A DNA stretch of 64,000 bases from a virus (IMGVR_UViG_3300005200_000008:25931-89930); one strand, 5' to 3'; shown: positions 10,548-20,809, counted from the stretch's first letter. A program made the numbers and translations. The notes: generated from the letters alone by a model not told the origin.

Positions 10548-12659
10548 TCATGCAGCAACCCCTCCCGTAAACGTGAGAACTTGGGCGCCGAATTCGTTTT
10601 CAAGAAGTTCCCGCGTCTGCTCCTTATGGCTTACAATCAAAATTTGATCAAACAGTTTCAGACTGTCGCCGACGGTCTGATAAAACAGCATGGAATTCTT
10701 TTGGCTCGCGGCTGAATCCACTTCGTCCATCATTAAAGTTCGATTGTTTTGTACCCTGGACAAAGCCCATTTCCACGCCAAAGAAAATATGGATTTCTCG
10801 TACCCCGATGCCATGCCAGCGTCCATGCCTTTCGGCCCGTAAACCATGCGCAGGGCGTTTTTCTTGTCTTCCAGTTTCACGGTATACCGGCCGCTGTAGG
10901 TTTTACGCAGGAAGTCGTTCATCGACGTTTCCAAATCCTTGACGATTTTCGATATAACAAAAACAGGGAATTCGTTTTTAAGTATTTTAACGCAGGATTC
11001 CAATTCAGCGACCTCACGGGACACTTCCTGCAATTCAGTATCGAGACGTTTTATTTCCGTTTCATCGGTCTTCTTTTGCTTTGCGGTTTGTTCGTTCTGC
11101 TTAATAGCGGTTTCGCGCTCAGTCCTTACATCCTGATAATTGTCAATTTTCGATTTATTTTCTTTTGCAAGGGCTTGAACCTTCTCCAGTTTCCCCGCAG
11201 GATTTTCCACGGTAACAGCCTTCGCTTTATTCAACAAATCTTCTGTCTTGGCAAGGGAATTTCTTTTTTCTTCCAACAGGCTTTCCAGAATGGCAATTTC
11301 AGACTTTCCGGCTTCCGTCAGTTTTTTAAGATTTTCCGTTTCGCCGGAAAGCGCCGATTTCAAAGACTCCACCGAAGCCCTAGTCTCGCGCAAGTCGGAT
11401 TCATAATTTTGCGCCATCAATTCCCGCTCATGGATAAGTTTTGTTTTTCGGTCTTTATTTTCCTGATTGGTTTTGCTCAACTGGTTTATGCGTTCAGCCT
11501 CTTTTTCCAATACAAGTATGGACGCATATAACTCATTTTCCCTAACCGCATATTTATCCAGTTCCTTCTTCCGTTCCGCAACGGCAGCCTCGTCCTGGGG
11601 AAGTTTCTGACCGCAGGTCGGGCATACGTCGGAAACGGACAGTTCTTTTATTTTTCCCTTCACCACGCCCAATTCGGTTTTCGCTTTATTAAACGAATCC
11701 TGATCAAATTCAGGAACCCGCACAATTTTAATTTCGGCTATCTGCGCATCTTTGGCGGCAAGGCAGGTTGTTTTATTTGCCTCAATCAATTTTATTTCTT
11801 TTTCACCGGAATCAATCTCGATTTCCAACAGTACCGTTCGCTTTTTGCTTTCCAACGGCAGGGACTCCAGCGATTTCTTTTTTTCTTCGACCTGTTTACC
11901 GCACTGGTCTATTTCTTTTCTTGTTTTGTCTGCCTGAACGGTCAAATCGCCGACGGTCTTTATCGCGGTTTCATACTGCTCTTGCTCGGCTTTTAATTTT
12001 CCGATCTGCTCCATATTGGCAGAATACGCCGCCTGTAGCGCGTCGTATTCTTTTTCAGTCATAGGCAGTTCGGGAACGGGGGCATCTTCATATTTCTTAC
12101 TGCGCAAAATATTCAACTGCGTATTCAGCGCTGTTGTTTTTTTGCCGAGGGCGGCAAGGCTGTCGGCGATATTCTGCTGTTGGTTCTTGAATTCCAAATC
12201 GTATATCCGTTTCAGGTATTCCCGGCGGTCTGCCGGTTTAACGGTAACGACATCGATCTGCTGTTCAAGCGAAAGCATCGCCGCTTTAATGAGTTCCTGA
12301 TCGAATATCTTTTTAAGGTAATCCTTCGCTTCCTGACCGACGCGCACGTTATCGGGTGCCGACTTGTCAATAATCTGGCGTTCGGCTGTTTTAGAGCGCA
12401 CGTTATATTTCACGGTAACGTTGTACTGACGGCCTAAATGCTCGAAGTCAATATTTATTTCAAATTCATCGGCGTTCCAGTTTACATAATCGACCAGGGA
12501 ACCTTCATAGGAATCAAACAAGGCAAGGACAATCGCCTTGAATACGGTTGATTTTCCGTTTCCGTTCTCCCCGGAAAGAATAAAAATGCCCTTCCCGAAC
12601 CGGCGGTCAAAACTGCTGATACAGCCGAAGTTTTTGAGTTTGATATTATTAATTATCAT
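10548..12659 (-). CDS. SbcC/gp46-like SMC recombination ATPase
   Basis: GENGNGKST Walker A, long coiled coil, CPTC zinc hook, ASGYE signature, MMDE Walker B. Confidence 0.85.
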   Translation of the reverse strand: MIINNIKLKNFGCISSFDRRFGKGIFILSGENGNGKSTVFKAIVLALFDSYEGSLVDYVNWNADEFEINIDFEHLGRQYNVTVKYNVRSKTAERQIIDKSAPDNVRVGQEAKDYLKKIFDQELIKAAMLSLEQQIDVVTVKPADRREYLKRIYDLEFKNQQQNIADSLAALGKKTTALNTQLNILRSKKYEDAPVPELPMTEKEYDALQAAYSANMEQIGKLKAEQEQYETAIKTVGDLTVQADKTRKEIDQCGKQVEEKKKSLESLPLESKKRTVLLEIEIDSGEKEIKLIEANKTTCLAAKDAQIAEIKIVRVPEFDQDSFNKAKTELGVVKGKIKELSVSDVCPTCGQKLPQDEAAVAERKKELDKYAVRENELYASILVLEKEAERINQLSKTNQENKDRKTKLIHERELMAQNYESDLRETRASVESLKSALSGETENLKKLTEAGKSEIAILESLLEEKRNSLAKTEDLLNKAKAVTVENPAGKLEKVQALAKENKSKIDNYQDVRTERETAIKQNEQTAKQKKTDETEIKRLDTELQEVSREVAELESCVKILKNEFPVFVISKIVKDLETSMNDFLRKTYSGRYTVKLEDKKNALRMVYGPKGMDAGMASGYEKSIFSLAWKWALSRVQNNRTLMMDEVDSAASQKNSMLFYQTVGDSLKLFDQILIVSHKEQTRELLENEFGAQVLTFTGGVAA

Positions 12660-13329
12660 TGAGTTTTACTCCCTGCCACATTGATTTAATATCATCGGGC
12701 TTTACGTTCATTTCAGAAAAAATATTGGAGAGAGCAATCGAAGAAAGGCTGGAACGGGGGCGGCGGCTAGAAGACTCTAATTGAATTCTGTCAAACGTAT
12801 ATTCGGTCAACAGTTCAAGCGCCCTTTTATGCAAATCGCGGTGCAGCAGGGCAACCTTATAATCTTTGGTATAACGTTCAAGAACGTTAAATGATGCTTC
12901 GGTTATGAAATCATCCTCCGGCTTTTTAATAATACGAAGAAGCCGTCTTTGCAATTTTGTTTTTAATTCTTCCAATTCTTTCATTTTCTTTTCATACGGC
13001 GGTATCAAGCCCTCAATAACAAATCTTTTTAATTCGCTATCAAGCGGGTGTCCTTCCGGCACTTTGTCGGCTACTTCGTAAAAAATCGCAAACGCCAGAT
13101 CTTTCGCCTCTTTATCAAAATCAATAGATGCGATGCCGTACAAATCGTAAGTGTCGCGCTGCTTTTTGTCAGACAGAATTTCAAACGCTTTCTTAATTTC
13201 GACAAAGACCTTGGAATCGCCGCTCTCTTTGTTGTCAGGATGATACTTCTTGGATAATACGCGGAAAGCGTTTTTTATCTGCTCCTTGGTGGCGGTTTCG
13301 TCTATTCCCAAAGTCTTATACGGGTTCAT
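12649..13329 (-). CDS. DnaJ-domain protein
   Basis: NPYKTLG...KKYHPD...AFEILSD...YD J-domain with HPD motif. Confidence 0.85.
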   Translation of the reverse strand: MNPYKTLGIDETATKEQIKNAFRVLSKKYHPDNKESGDSKVFVEIKKAFEILSDKKQRDTYDLYGIASIDFDKEAKDLAFAIFYEVADKVPEGHPLDSELKRFVIEGLIPPYEKKMKELEELKTKLQRRLLRIIKKPEDDFITEASFNVLERYTKDYKVALLHRDLHKRALELLTEYTFDRIQLESSSRRPRSSLSSIALSNIFSEMNVKPDDIKSMWQGVKLNDN

Positions 13330-14025
13330 ATATAGGACTTCCGGCTTTTACTTGTGAAAGCTCAAGCAGTTTTTCTTTTTCTTGATTTTTTAGCCAAAGT
13401 TTTCACGTATTCTTCCCGCTCGAATTCGGCGCACTCAGCCGCGATTTTAATTATCTCGCTATCCGACAGACCGCTGAAATCACAGCACGGAAAACAAGAT
13501 CTGTACCCTGTACTGGATATCGCTTCCCCGTAAAAATCAAAATGAGGCATGGTAGGCGTAATATAATGAAAACGCACTTTAACGGCAGCGCCGTCTTTTA
13601 ATGAAATATCGAAATTCAATTCAGAACTTCCCGCCCTCGGAAGCGGTTCCGGCTGAAACAATTCTGTTTGAAAATTATCACGCATAGTTTAACCTTACAA
13701 AGAATCGCTTGAAACAGTATTTATTTCATTAGCAATTATTTCCGCAATCATCATTTCAATTTCATCGTTAAATCTTACCTGCGCGTTGCGTATCATATTT
13801 ATCTTCTCCCTGTTGCTATATCCTGTATGATTATAGGCAGTTTCTATTTCTTTCGCTCTTTCGACTATATACATTGCCCCTCCAACCCCTTTCGGGGTAC
13901 TGGTTTCTAAACAGGCGTTCCCTGTATCCACCGCGATCCCACCTTCACGCTGCCGTCTGAGGGAACAGACTCCCGGATACCCATCCTGTACCATTGCCGC
14001 AGGCCAGCTACGGTTGGTTTTCCCT

Positions 14026-14098
14026 TTACCCCAAGTGGATTTGAACCACTAACCCGCAGATCCAAAATCTGCTGCTCTACCGATTGAGCTACAGGGTA
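14026..14098 (-). tRNA. tRNA-Gln(TTG)
   Basis: cloverleaf: TACCCTG/TGGGGTA acceptor, GCAGA-TTTTGGA-TCTGC anticodon arm, AGTGG-TTCAAAT-CCACT T arm. Confidence 0.85.
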
Positions 14099-14121
14099 TT
14101 AAACAGCATTAGTAGAGACAT

Positions 14122-14226
14122 GGATAAAAGGCGGGAGTCGAACCCGCTCTGGAGACTCTGGGTTTACACGCCATTGTGTACTGTCCCGATACGCCTTCCC
14201 GTGCTTCCGTTACACTACAATCCTCC
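14122..14226 (-). ncRNA. tRNA-like element with enlarged anticodon domain
   Basis: D-like arm GTG-TAACGGAAG-CAC and T arm GCGGG-TTCGACT-CCCGC, but about 45 nt where the anticodon arm should be and an irregular acceptor stem. Confidence 0.4.
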
Positions 14227-14325
14227 AACCCGTCTTTCCGGGTCGCCAATGGATAATTTATACTTACCGCAACCTCGCGGGCCGTACATTAAGGACTTCC
14301 GACTCTTTATAGAAAAAGCTCAAAA

Positions 14326-15231
14326 TTATTCGGTTACTATTTGGGCATCGTCGGCTTTTGCCAACTGCTCCAGACGAACCATAGTACGCTCGATCTTCTG
14401 CAAATCTTCGGCGCTGTATTTGCTGTAAGCCTTTTTGATTTCGTCGTCTTTGTCGGGCGGCCTGCTGACATCCTGGAATATCGACGGCGCGTTCGGAACC
14501 GGCTTGAATATCGACAAAATGCTTTCTGCGGCGATATTGCTTTCGTGGCTCAAAGCGCGGTATAAAGTCATAAGGTCTTCAAAATTCATGCCGCCCGCTT
14601 CAAGTTGGGTTTGGAACTGCTGGTATACCAACTCTTGAAGGTCGTCTTTTTTCTTGATAATGCCAACCCTGTCTTTGAAAAATTGCAGAAGATTTTGTTT
14701 CAAATCTTCATACGGGTCTAAACCTGCAATCCGTAACGCATCATTTTTCAGATGACGGTCTTCCAGCGCCCCCGCTAATTTTCTCGCCTCGTCCTGTACT
14801 TCAGCCATTGTTTTATCCTCCCTCGAAACAGCCTGTAGTTTCTGAGCAAAATCATTATCCATGTTTTTTATTCTTCTGCTTATTGCGATTGAATTAAATT
14901 CAAACGGCACCAGTTCGTGTATTTCAGCCCAATCCTTATCCTCGATTTTTTTGTAATAATAGCAAAGCGTTAAAATAATCGCTTCCTTCAAATCAAGGCT
15001 TGACGGAAACCTTATAGTCCTGCCGCTTAACAGATGGGTAAGCCTGATAAAATTTTCCAGACCGAGAAGCCGGTATATATCGCTCACGTCGGCTATGTTG
15101 GCCGACGACTGGAATACAATACTCAGTATTTGAAACAGCGGGTCTTTCTGCGCTTCCGGCTTCGCCTTAAAAATATCCCTGAGTTGCTGTTCGTACAAAG
15201 TATTGGGCGATTCAAAAAAATCTCCAGCCAT
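14326..15231 (-). CDS. Mor-like activator N-terminal part joined to a second helical domain (internal RBS and ATG at 14808)
   Basis: LLGLENFIRL...GRTIRFP resembles Mor-type proteins; GGAGG-spaced internal ATG. Confidence 0.35.
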   Translation of the reverse strand: MAGDFFESPNTLYEQQLRDIFKAKPEAQKDPLFQILSIVFQSSANIADVSDIYRLLGLENFIRLTHLLSGRTIRFPSSLDLKEAIILTLCYYYKKIEDKDWAEIHELVPFEFNSIAISRRIKNMDNDFAQKLQAVSREDKTMAEVQDEARKLAGALEDRHLKNDALRIAGLDPYEDLKQNLLQFFKDRVGIIKKKDDLQELVYQQFQTQLEAGGMNFEDLMTLYRALSHESNIAAESILSIFKPVPNAPSIFQDVSRPPDKDDEIKKAYSKYSAEDLQKIERTMVRLEQLAKADDAQIVTE

Positions 15232-16074
15232 TTACGCCGCCTCGGATAAACTTTGCAGACGCTGGTAAATAACCAGTTCCCCTTTTTCCACAAAATCCCT
15301 GACTTCGTTACCGGCTATTTCATAGAAGCCGTTCATTGCCCTGTCATTGCGGATAACCAGTTTGTTGTGCAGCCCAATAAGGTAAAGAATTGCCGTCGCT
15401 TCGCTTCTGGTATTTTCTTTAATGATGGATGCCGTTTTTTCAACCAGCCCGCACAGTTCGGCGCCAAGGTCTCTTTCAATTTTATGGTCATGCTCGAACT
15501 TATTATTAATAGTAAGCGTTTCCTCTACAAGATCGCCGTCGTCATTCAGTCTCGCTTCTATCTTGCTTATCGTTTCACCAAATTCGGTATCGTCGCCGAT
15601 GATGTACTGCATGGAATACGTCTGGTCGTTCTCCTTGTCGCTGTATGCCTCGTTTTTGCACAAACGCTTTAAGTAACCGCCGAAACTGATCTTCATGCGG
15701 TGGTCGGGCGTTTTCATAATAACCTCGATAAGCCTGGTAGCGGCATCGTTGGCTTTTTCCTGCAAATTGCCCTGCGACAAGCAGGCTTTCCCTTTGAGCA
15801 GCATTTTAATTAGGTTTTCCGCATACTCGACCATGACGGGGAACATCTTGCCACCGAGGATTCGCGTACTGCCGGTCTTTTCAAAATCGGCGATAAATTC
15901 GTCCTGTAATTTGAAAAGTTTATATTCGATTGGCGGTTTTGAATAATATTTATCCCCACAACCAGGACATACTTCCGGAGCGAGACCTCTCTCCCATTCT
16001 ACTTTTATACCGCAGCATTCGGTTTTCTCAATACGAAAAATTATTTTACCGTTATCAATTATTTTTTCCGACAA
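15232..16074 (-). CDS. possible sigma-like transcription factor with Zn-ribbon
   Basis: CC...CPGC motif plus region-2-like SFGGYL helix; weak resemblance only. Confidence 0.3.
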   Translation of the reverse strand: MSEKIIDNGKIIFRIEKTECCGIKVEWERGLAPEVCPGCGDKYYSKPPIEYKLFKLQDEFIADFEKTGSTRILGGKMFPVMVEYAENLIKMLLKGKACLSQGNLQEKANDAATRLIEVIMKTPDHRMKISFGGYLKRLCKNEAYSDKENDQTYSMQYIIGDDTEFGETISKIEARLNDDGDLVEETLTINNKFEHDHKIERDLGAELCGLVEKTASIIKENTRSEATAILYLIGLHNKLVIRNDRAMNGFYEIAGNEVRDFVEKGELVIYQRLQSLSEAA

Positions 16075-16577
16075 TTTTTTGTCCCCACCAAAAAATTAAT
16101 CCTGCGATTGATCAGAACTTCAGGTCTGAATGATACCAGATCCCGCAGGTTATACGCAAATCCTTGCTTAATATATTCTTCAAGTTGAGCTTTCGTTATG
16201 CTTTTCTGTTCAAGATTAAAAATGAATTCCGGATCAAAAACAAAAAAATAATAACTTTTTCTCGATACCCAAATCCCCAGAATAATGCCGGTTTCCTTGT
16301 TCAAAGATTTTAATTTAAGCAGATTGGCAAACTGGTGTTCTTCAACCCGCGCTTTTGAAAAACAGGCTATTTTATTTTTTATTAATTTGGATTCATAAAA
16401 AAAGGCGAACCCCGGGAAGGCGGCAAAACCGTCAAACGGCCGCTTGCCGGCAAACTCGGTGTCCCTGAATACGGGGTCTGGTATTTTATAAGCAAAGCCC
16501 CCCGCATTCGTAAACAGGTTTACTAAATCGGTATTGAACTTTCTTTCATCCATACACCTAAATAGGCGGGGTTCCAA
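16059..16577 (-). CDS. PD-(D/E)XK nuclease, Holliday junction resolvase-like
   Basis: KIPD...PFD...FYESK...EHQ motif order. Confidence 0.6.
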   Translation of the reverse strand: MEPRLFRCMDERKFNTDLVNLFTNAGGFAYKIPDPVFRDTEFAGKRPFDGFAAFPGFAFFYESKLIKNKIACFSKARVEEHQFANLLKLKSLNKETGIILGIWVSRKSYYFFVFDPEFIFNLEQKSITKAQLEEYIKQGFAYNLRDLVSFRPEVLINRRINFLVGTKNCRKK

Positions 16578-16617
16578 AACGCCCGTTATGACATTTTTTA
16601 TATATTTGTAAGCGCAA

Positions 16618-17577
16618 TCAGGAAAATAATTGCGTCTGGCATAAGCCCTGGCGTATTTTCTTTATTCGCAAGTTGGCAAGTTTGACATATTTGGGATTGA
16701 TTTCAATGCCCACATAGCCACGCCCTTCTTTTAAGGCGACCGCCGCCGTCGTGCCGCTGCCCAAAAACGGGTCTAAAACTATACCGCCTTTCCTGCTTCC
16801 CGCCATAATGCAGGGGCGAATCAGATCGGGAGGAAACACCGCGAAATGAGCGCCTTTGTAGGGCTTTGTCGTTACCGTCCATACATCCCTTCGATTGCGC
16901 GTTACGACAGGTTCTGTACGACCCCCCCCCGCGTGTTCTTGTTTTCTGCGCCCGCTGTTCACCCTCATCACTCCCTTACTTCCCCTCGGCGGGTTCGGGT
17001 CTCCATTAACGGCGGGTTCCTTTACGGCATCGTTGTCAAAATAATAACGCGGCGACTTGCTCAGAAGAAAAATGTATTCATGGGCTTTCGTACACCGATC
17101 GGTTACGCTTTCGGGCATGGAATTGGTTTTATGCCATATAATATCCTGCCTCAAATACCATCCGTCGGCACGAAGGGCGAAAGCCAGCATCCACGGAACG
17201 CCGATAAGGTCTTTCGACTTGCAATTAGGTGTTTTGACTTTAGTGGTTGCGACAGCGCCGAGCATACCCTTACTCGTTCCCTGTTTGTATTTTTTCGCGT
17301 TTTCAGGATACGCCGCGCCGCCTTTGCCGCTTCCGGCATAACTGTCGGCTATGACTATCCACAAAGTGCCGTCATCCCGAAGAACGCGCTTTACTTCACG
17401 GAAAACTTCAACCAATTTGGCAATATACTCGTCGGGCGTTTCTTCAAGCCCTATCTGGCCGTTTATACCGTAGTCTCGCAGGCCAAAATAAGGCGGCGAC
17501 GTAACGCACGTATCGATTATGCCGTCAGGCAGCGTCTTTAATCCTTGCAATACGTCCGATGTAATTATTTCCTGCAT
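16618..17577 (-). CDS. DNA N4-cytosine/N6-adenine methyltransferase
   Basis: TSPPYF catalytic motif, HFAVFP, VLDPFLGSGTT, YVGIE. Confidence 0.9.
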   Translation of the reverse strand: MQEIITSDVLQGLKTLPDGIIDTCVTSPPYFGLRDYGINGQIGLEETPDEYIAKLVEVFREVKRVLRDDGTLWIVIADSYAGSGKGGAAYPENAKKYKQGTSKGMLGAVATTKVKTPNCKSKDLIGVPWMLAFALRADGWYLRQDIIWHKTNSMPESVTDRCTKAHEYIFLLSKSPRYYFDNDAVKEPAVNGDPNPPRGSKGVMRVNSGRRKQEHAGGGRTEPVVTRNRRDVWTVTTKPYKGAHFAVFPPDLIRPCIMAGSRKGGIVLDPFLGSGTTAAVALKEGRGYVGIEINPKYVKLANLRIKKIRQGLCQTQLFS

Positions 17578-17583
17578 AACCCG

Positions 17584-17955
17584 TCACTTTTTTTCTTCTG
17601 CCTTTACTTCTGGCCTGTCGTCTTTGGGGCATTTCAATAATATGCTTTGTTCCCAGTCAATGCCGAATTTCCGGCACATCATAGGACGGTGTTCATACAC
17701 CTTGCAGAATGTTTTGCCATCTTCGCCGGTTCCCATAAACGGGCATATCATATCCTTCGGGTTCATATTGTCTACGCCGTGGCTTGCTTTCTTTACGATA
17801 GACCTGACAAAATACGCGGTATGCCCCTCAACTTTTTGTTTTACGAAAGTAACATGGAGTTTATGCGCGATTCGCATAACGGCCTTATATTCGCTTTTTT
17901 CCCAAGGCACAAGACCGCAGCACCGACCGCATCGTTTACAGACAAATTCAGCCAT
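17584..17955 (-). CDS. YkgJ-family Cys-cluster protein
   Basis: CKRCGRCC, CPF, CKVYEHRPMMCRKF. Confidence 0.8.
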   Translation of the reverse strand: MAEFVCKRCGRCCGLVPWEKSEYKAVMRIAHKLHVTFVKQKVEGHTAYFVRSIVKKASHGVDNMNPKDMICPFMGTGEDGKTFCKVYEHRPMMCRKFGIDWEQSILLKCPKDDRPEVKAEEKK

Positions 17956-18291
17956 TTTCTATATTCCTTTTTTCCTTATTCCTTTTTTCCTTGTATTTTC
18001 TTATCTTTTCCAGCATCGGTCTCGCTTCGTCTTCGGGTAATTGGGAGATGAGCCATTCATCAAGCGGTTTGCCCAACAACCATTCCGGCACGAGACCGGC
18101 GGGTATCATATTACGAGCTTCTTTACTTTTTCGTTTCACCCGACCAACATCCCATACCGTTAAATTTTTTTACTTGCCAACCGCAGGAACATTTATCTTT
18201 AGCCGTACCGTTCCCGCCTCGGTCACATTCAGAACAGGCAGTCCATTTCATACCGTTTTTATCCGTGTAACTATGTTTTTTTCCGCTCATA

Positions 18292-18642
18292 CTAAATAAC
18301 TTCCGGTCTGCGGTTGGCGATATCGAATGTATTCGCGTTTTTTACCAGTTCTTTGAGATATTGCGGATATTTTTTCTTTGTCAGTTTGTGATTAACAAGC
18401 CATAACTCAAACGCCGCGTAATGGAGGTATCGCCGGGCATCTTTTATCGCTTCAAATGACAGGTTCTCCAGGGCGAACGCATAGCGTTCTTTGGCGGCGA
18501 TTACGTCACGGAACCTTCGTTTGCAGTTTCTTTGGTTTGTCTGGTCTTTGGCAAAGGAAGATGAAACCTCCGTTTTCCCGGAGAGGTCTCTCATTAAAGA
18601 ATCTATTTCGTCTTGGGATAATTGCTCTGCAAAAGCCGCCAT
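18292..18642 (-). CDS. protein with N-terminal FliM-like CheY-binding peptide
   Basis: begins MAAFAEQLSQDEIDSLM; compare [10 protein letters not shown] in the FliM at 58221. Confidence 0.6.
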   Translation of the reverse strand: MAAFAEQLSQDEIDSLMRDLSGKTEVSSSFAKDQTNQRNCKRRFRDVIAAKERYAFALENLSFEAIKDARRYLHYAAFELWLVNHKLTKKKYPQYLKELVKNANTFDIANRRPEVI

Positions 18643-18645
18643 AAT

Positions 18646-18671
18646 AAAAAAGGCGGGATTTTACCCGCCTT
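18646..18671 (-). terminator. intrinsic terminator
   Basis: AAGGCGGG/CCCGCCTT stem followed by a T run on the minus strand. Confidence 0.55.
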
Positions 18672-19524
18672 CGTTACGGGCCGCCAGACTCCGCTATCCA
18701 GCGGCCGCCGGCTAAATCATCACATAATAAATATCGTCATTTTTTGTTCCGACGCTTTAGAGCAGCCCGAAACGGGCATCACCTCCTGCGTCGAAAAAAC
18801 GCCAACGGTATTCGGGGTAGCGATAACACAACTGCCGCCTATAATCGCGTCGGGCAGCGTATATTCGCTTAAAACGGTATAAATTATAATTCCCTCATAA
18901 TTGACAACCGCTTCACGGCTGGCAATATCCGCAAAAACGGCGCCGGTTTCAAAAAGACCCGGGCCGTTGTTATGAACCGGCAGCGCGAAAGCGAAAACGG
19001 CTCCCATTACCAATCCCATCAAAAGCAGAATCAGCAATTTCTTCATGCAGACCTCCATCTGTTTAAGATACATAAATAGGCATATTTGTTTTCGCCCTGT
19101 GTATAAGGACTTTCAGTTAGGGCGAAGAATTTGCTTCTTTTATTTTCTTAATCCTAGCTTTCGCCCAACGGATAAAAAGTTCGGCCTGAAATTCGTATTT
19201 TTTAAGGATAGGAGGGCTTTTCCCGCCCTTAGAATTGTTTTCGGCGCTTTTTACGGCAAGTTCTACGCCCGTATTCCAATCCACGCTGTTTTGTTTTTCC
19301 GAGGGGCTGACCGCCGACCACCCGAACGATTCGTCATCGACCAGTATAACCATAACGCCCAAACGTTTCCCGCGATTTTCCTGACGGAAAACCGTGCCGT
19401 TAATTACTTTTTTACGCCCGGGGTAGCCTTCCCGTATGTAGCGTATCAAAACTTTATTAGGATCAAAATTCATTGCGCCCTCCAATTTGCTTTATACAAA
19501 GGACTTCCGCTCGGAGGAACTCGT

Positions 19525-20214
19525 TTATTCTTTTACAGCAATGATATTGTTCAATACGGCGATAATTTTTGATATTTCCGCAAGTTTGCGTTCTTTCTCA
19601 ATTTTTTCAAGGACGGCAGAAAGTTTTATGATACGGGATTCCTTGATAAACTCGGAAAACGTCATATCGTTTTCCAGGGAAGGGTCTGGGTTTGTCTCGT
19701 ATACAAAAACCGCATCGCCGCCGAAATAAGATTCAAGTTTTTTGAAAGTTGACACCACGGCGGTAAGTTTTTCAGTTTTTTCGATTGTTTTCCTGCCGAC
19801 GGCGACCGTATGAGGGGGTAGGAAAACATCGTCTTTCAGTTCCGTGCCGGAACTTATGAAAGAGAACTCGCCAATCTTACACCGCCTTCCCAGTATAGCC
19901 TTTTTTTGAATAACGGAGTGCCTGCCGATGGAGACATCGGGGGCGACAATTACACCGTTTTCAACGACGGTATGCGTGCCGATAGACGAGCCTTTGCCGA
20001 AAAAACAATATTCCCCAATCGTTACGGCATCTTCAATGTAGCAGTCTTTTTCAAAAACCGTATTTTTGCCGACGTATATTCTATGAATGAGAAGCTTCTG
20101 GAAAATATCTTTTTCTTCCGTTCCGGTTGGAACCCATTGCGGCGGGGATTTTTTATTCGGCTTGCTATCCGCAGTTTCCAAAACGTAAATCATCGGTTTT
20201 TTCATTATCGGCAA
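19525..20214 (-). CDS. hexapeptide-repeat (left-handed beta-helix) protein
   Basis: VTIGEY-CFFGKG-SSIGTH-TVVENG-VSIGRH-SVIQKK-CKIGEF repeats. Confidence 0.75.
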   Translation of the reverse strand: MPIMKKPMIYVLETADSKPNKKSPPQWVPTGTEEKDIFQKLLIHRIYVGKNTVFEKDCYIEDAVTIGEYCFFGKGSSIGTHTVVENGVIVAPDVSIGRHSVIQKKAILGRRCKIGEFSFISSGTELKDDVFLPPHTVAVGRKTIEKTEKLTAVVSTFKKLESYFGGDAVFVYETNPDPSLENDMTFSEFIKESRIIKLSAVLEKIEKERKLAEISKIIAVLNNIIAVKE

Positions 20215-20344
20215 GAACTGTAAAAAAATCTATGCTTCGCGCCGCCGCCCTTTCCTAAATTTTAATTATTAAATTTAAAGACAGATCTAAAATAAATTTA
20301 TTTTAAAACAGAAGCTATAATTTATTTTTTTAATCTATACTATG

Positions 20345-20680
20345 AGGAAACGGTGAAGTGTACACACCTAGCCCATAGGATGAACCGTTTTTTCGACGTT
20401 CATCGCTCTGAGCAGGCGTGCCAGAGGTTCCATGAGTCTAACGGAGCCGTGCGACACTGGTTACCCGTTGTGCGGGATTTACTTGCTTTGGCGATTGAGC
20501 AGACCCAACGCTTTCATCCCTCGCCCACTTTGGCCGGTAACCATCCAAACCTTTGCCAAGACCATCCCAAGCAGGGTATCCCGGTGTGGTCTTTTAAGCC
20601 GAACTGCACCCACGGGGGCTAGACCTTCGATGCAGAACGCGGGATTTCTCCCGTTATCCCTGAGAAATGGGATAAACTTA
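20345..20680 (-). ncRNA. candidate structured ncRNA of about 330 nt, family unknown
   Basis: multiple perfect 7-8 bp complementary pairs in a GC-richer intergenic block downstream of a CGGAAAT promoter-like motif. Confidence 0.45.
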
Positions 20681-20809
20681 TACTAATGATTTCCGGGTGA
20701 ATCAGACTCGTGATAGATATTTGGGAAAAAATTTTTATTTTTTTTCTGTGTTAGCTGCAATTCTACCAACCTTCCTAAAAAGTTTCACGGGAAACCGGAA
20801 GTTATTAGT

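Noticed and set aside
20345-20680. RNase P RNA or group I intron
   Set aside because: Only fragmentary likeness (GAGGAAA on one strand, CGGCTTA on the other); the conserved core elements are not in the right order or strand.
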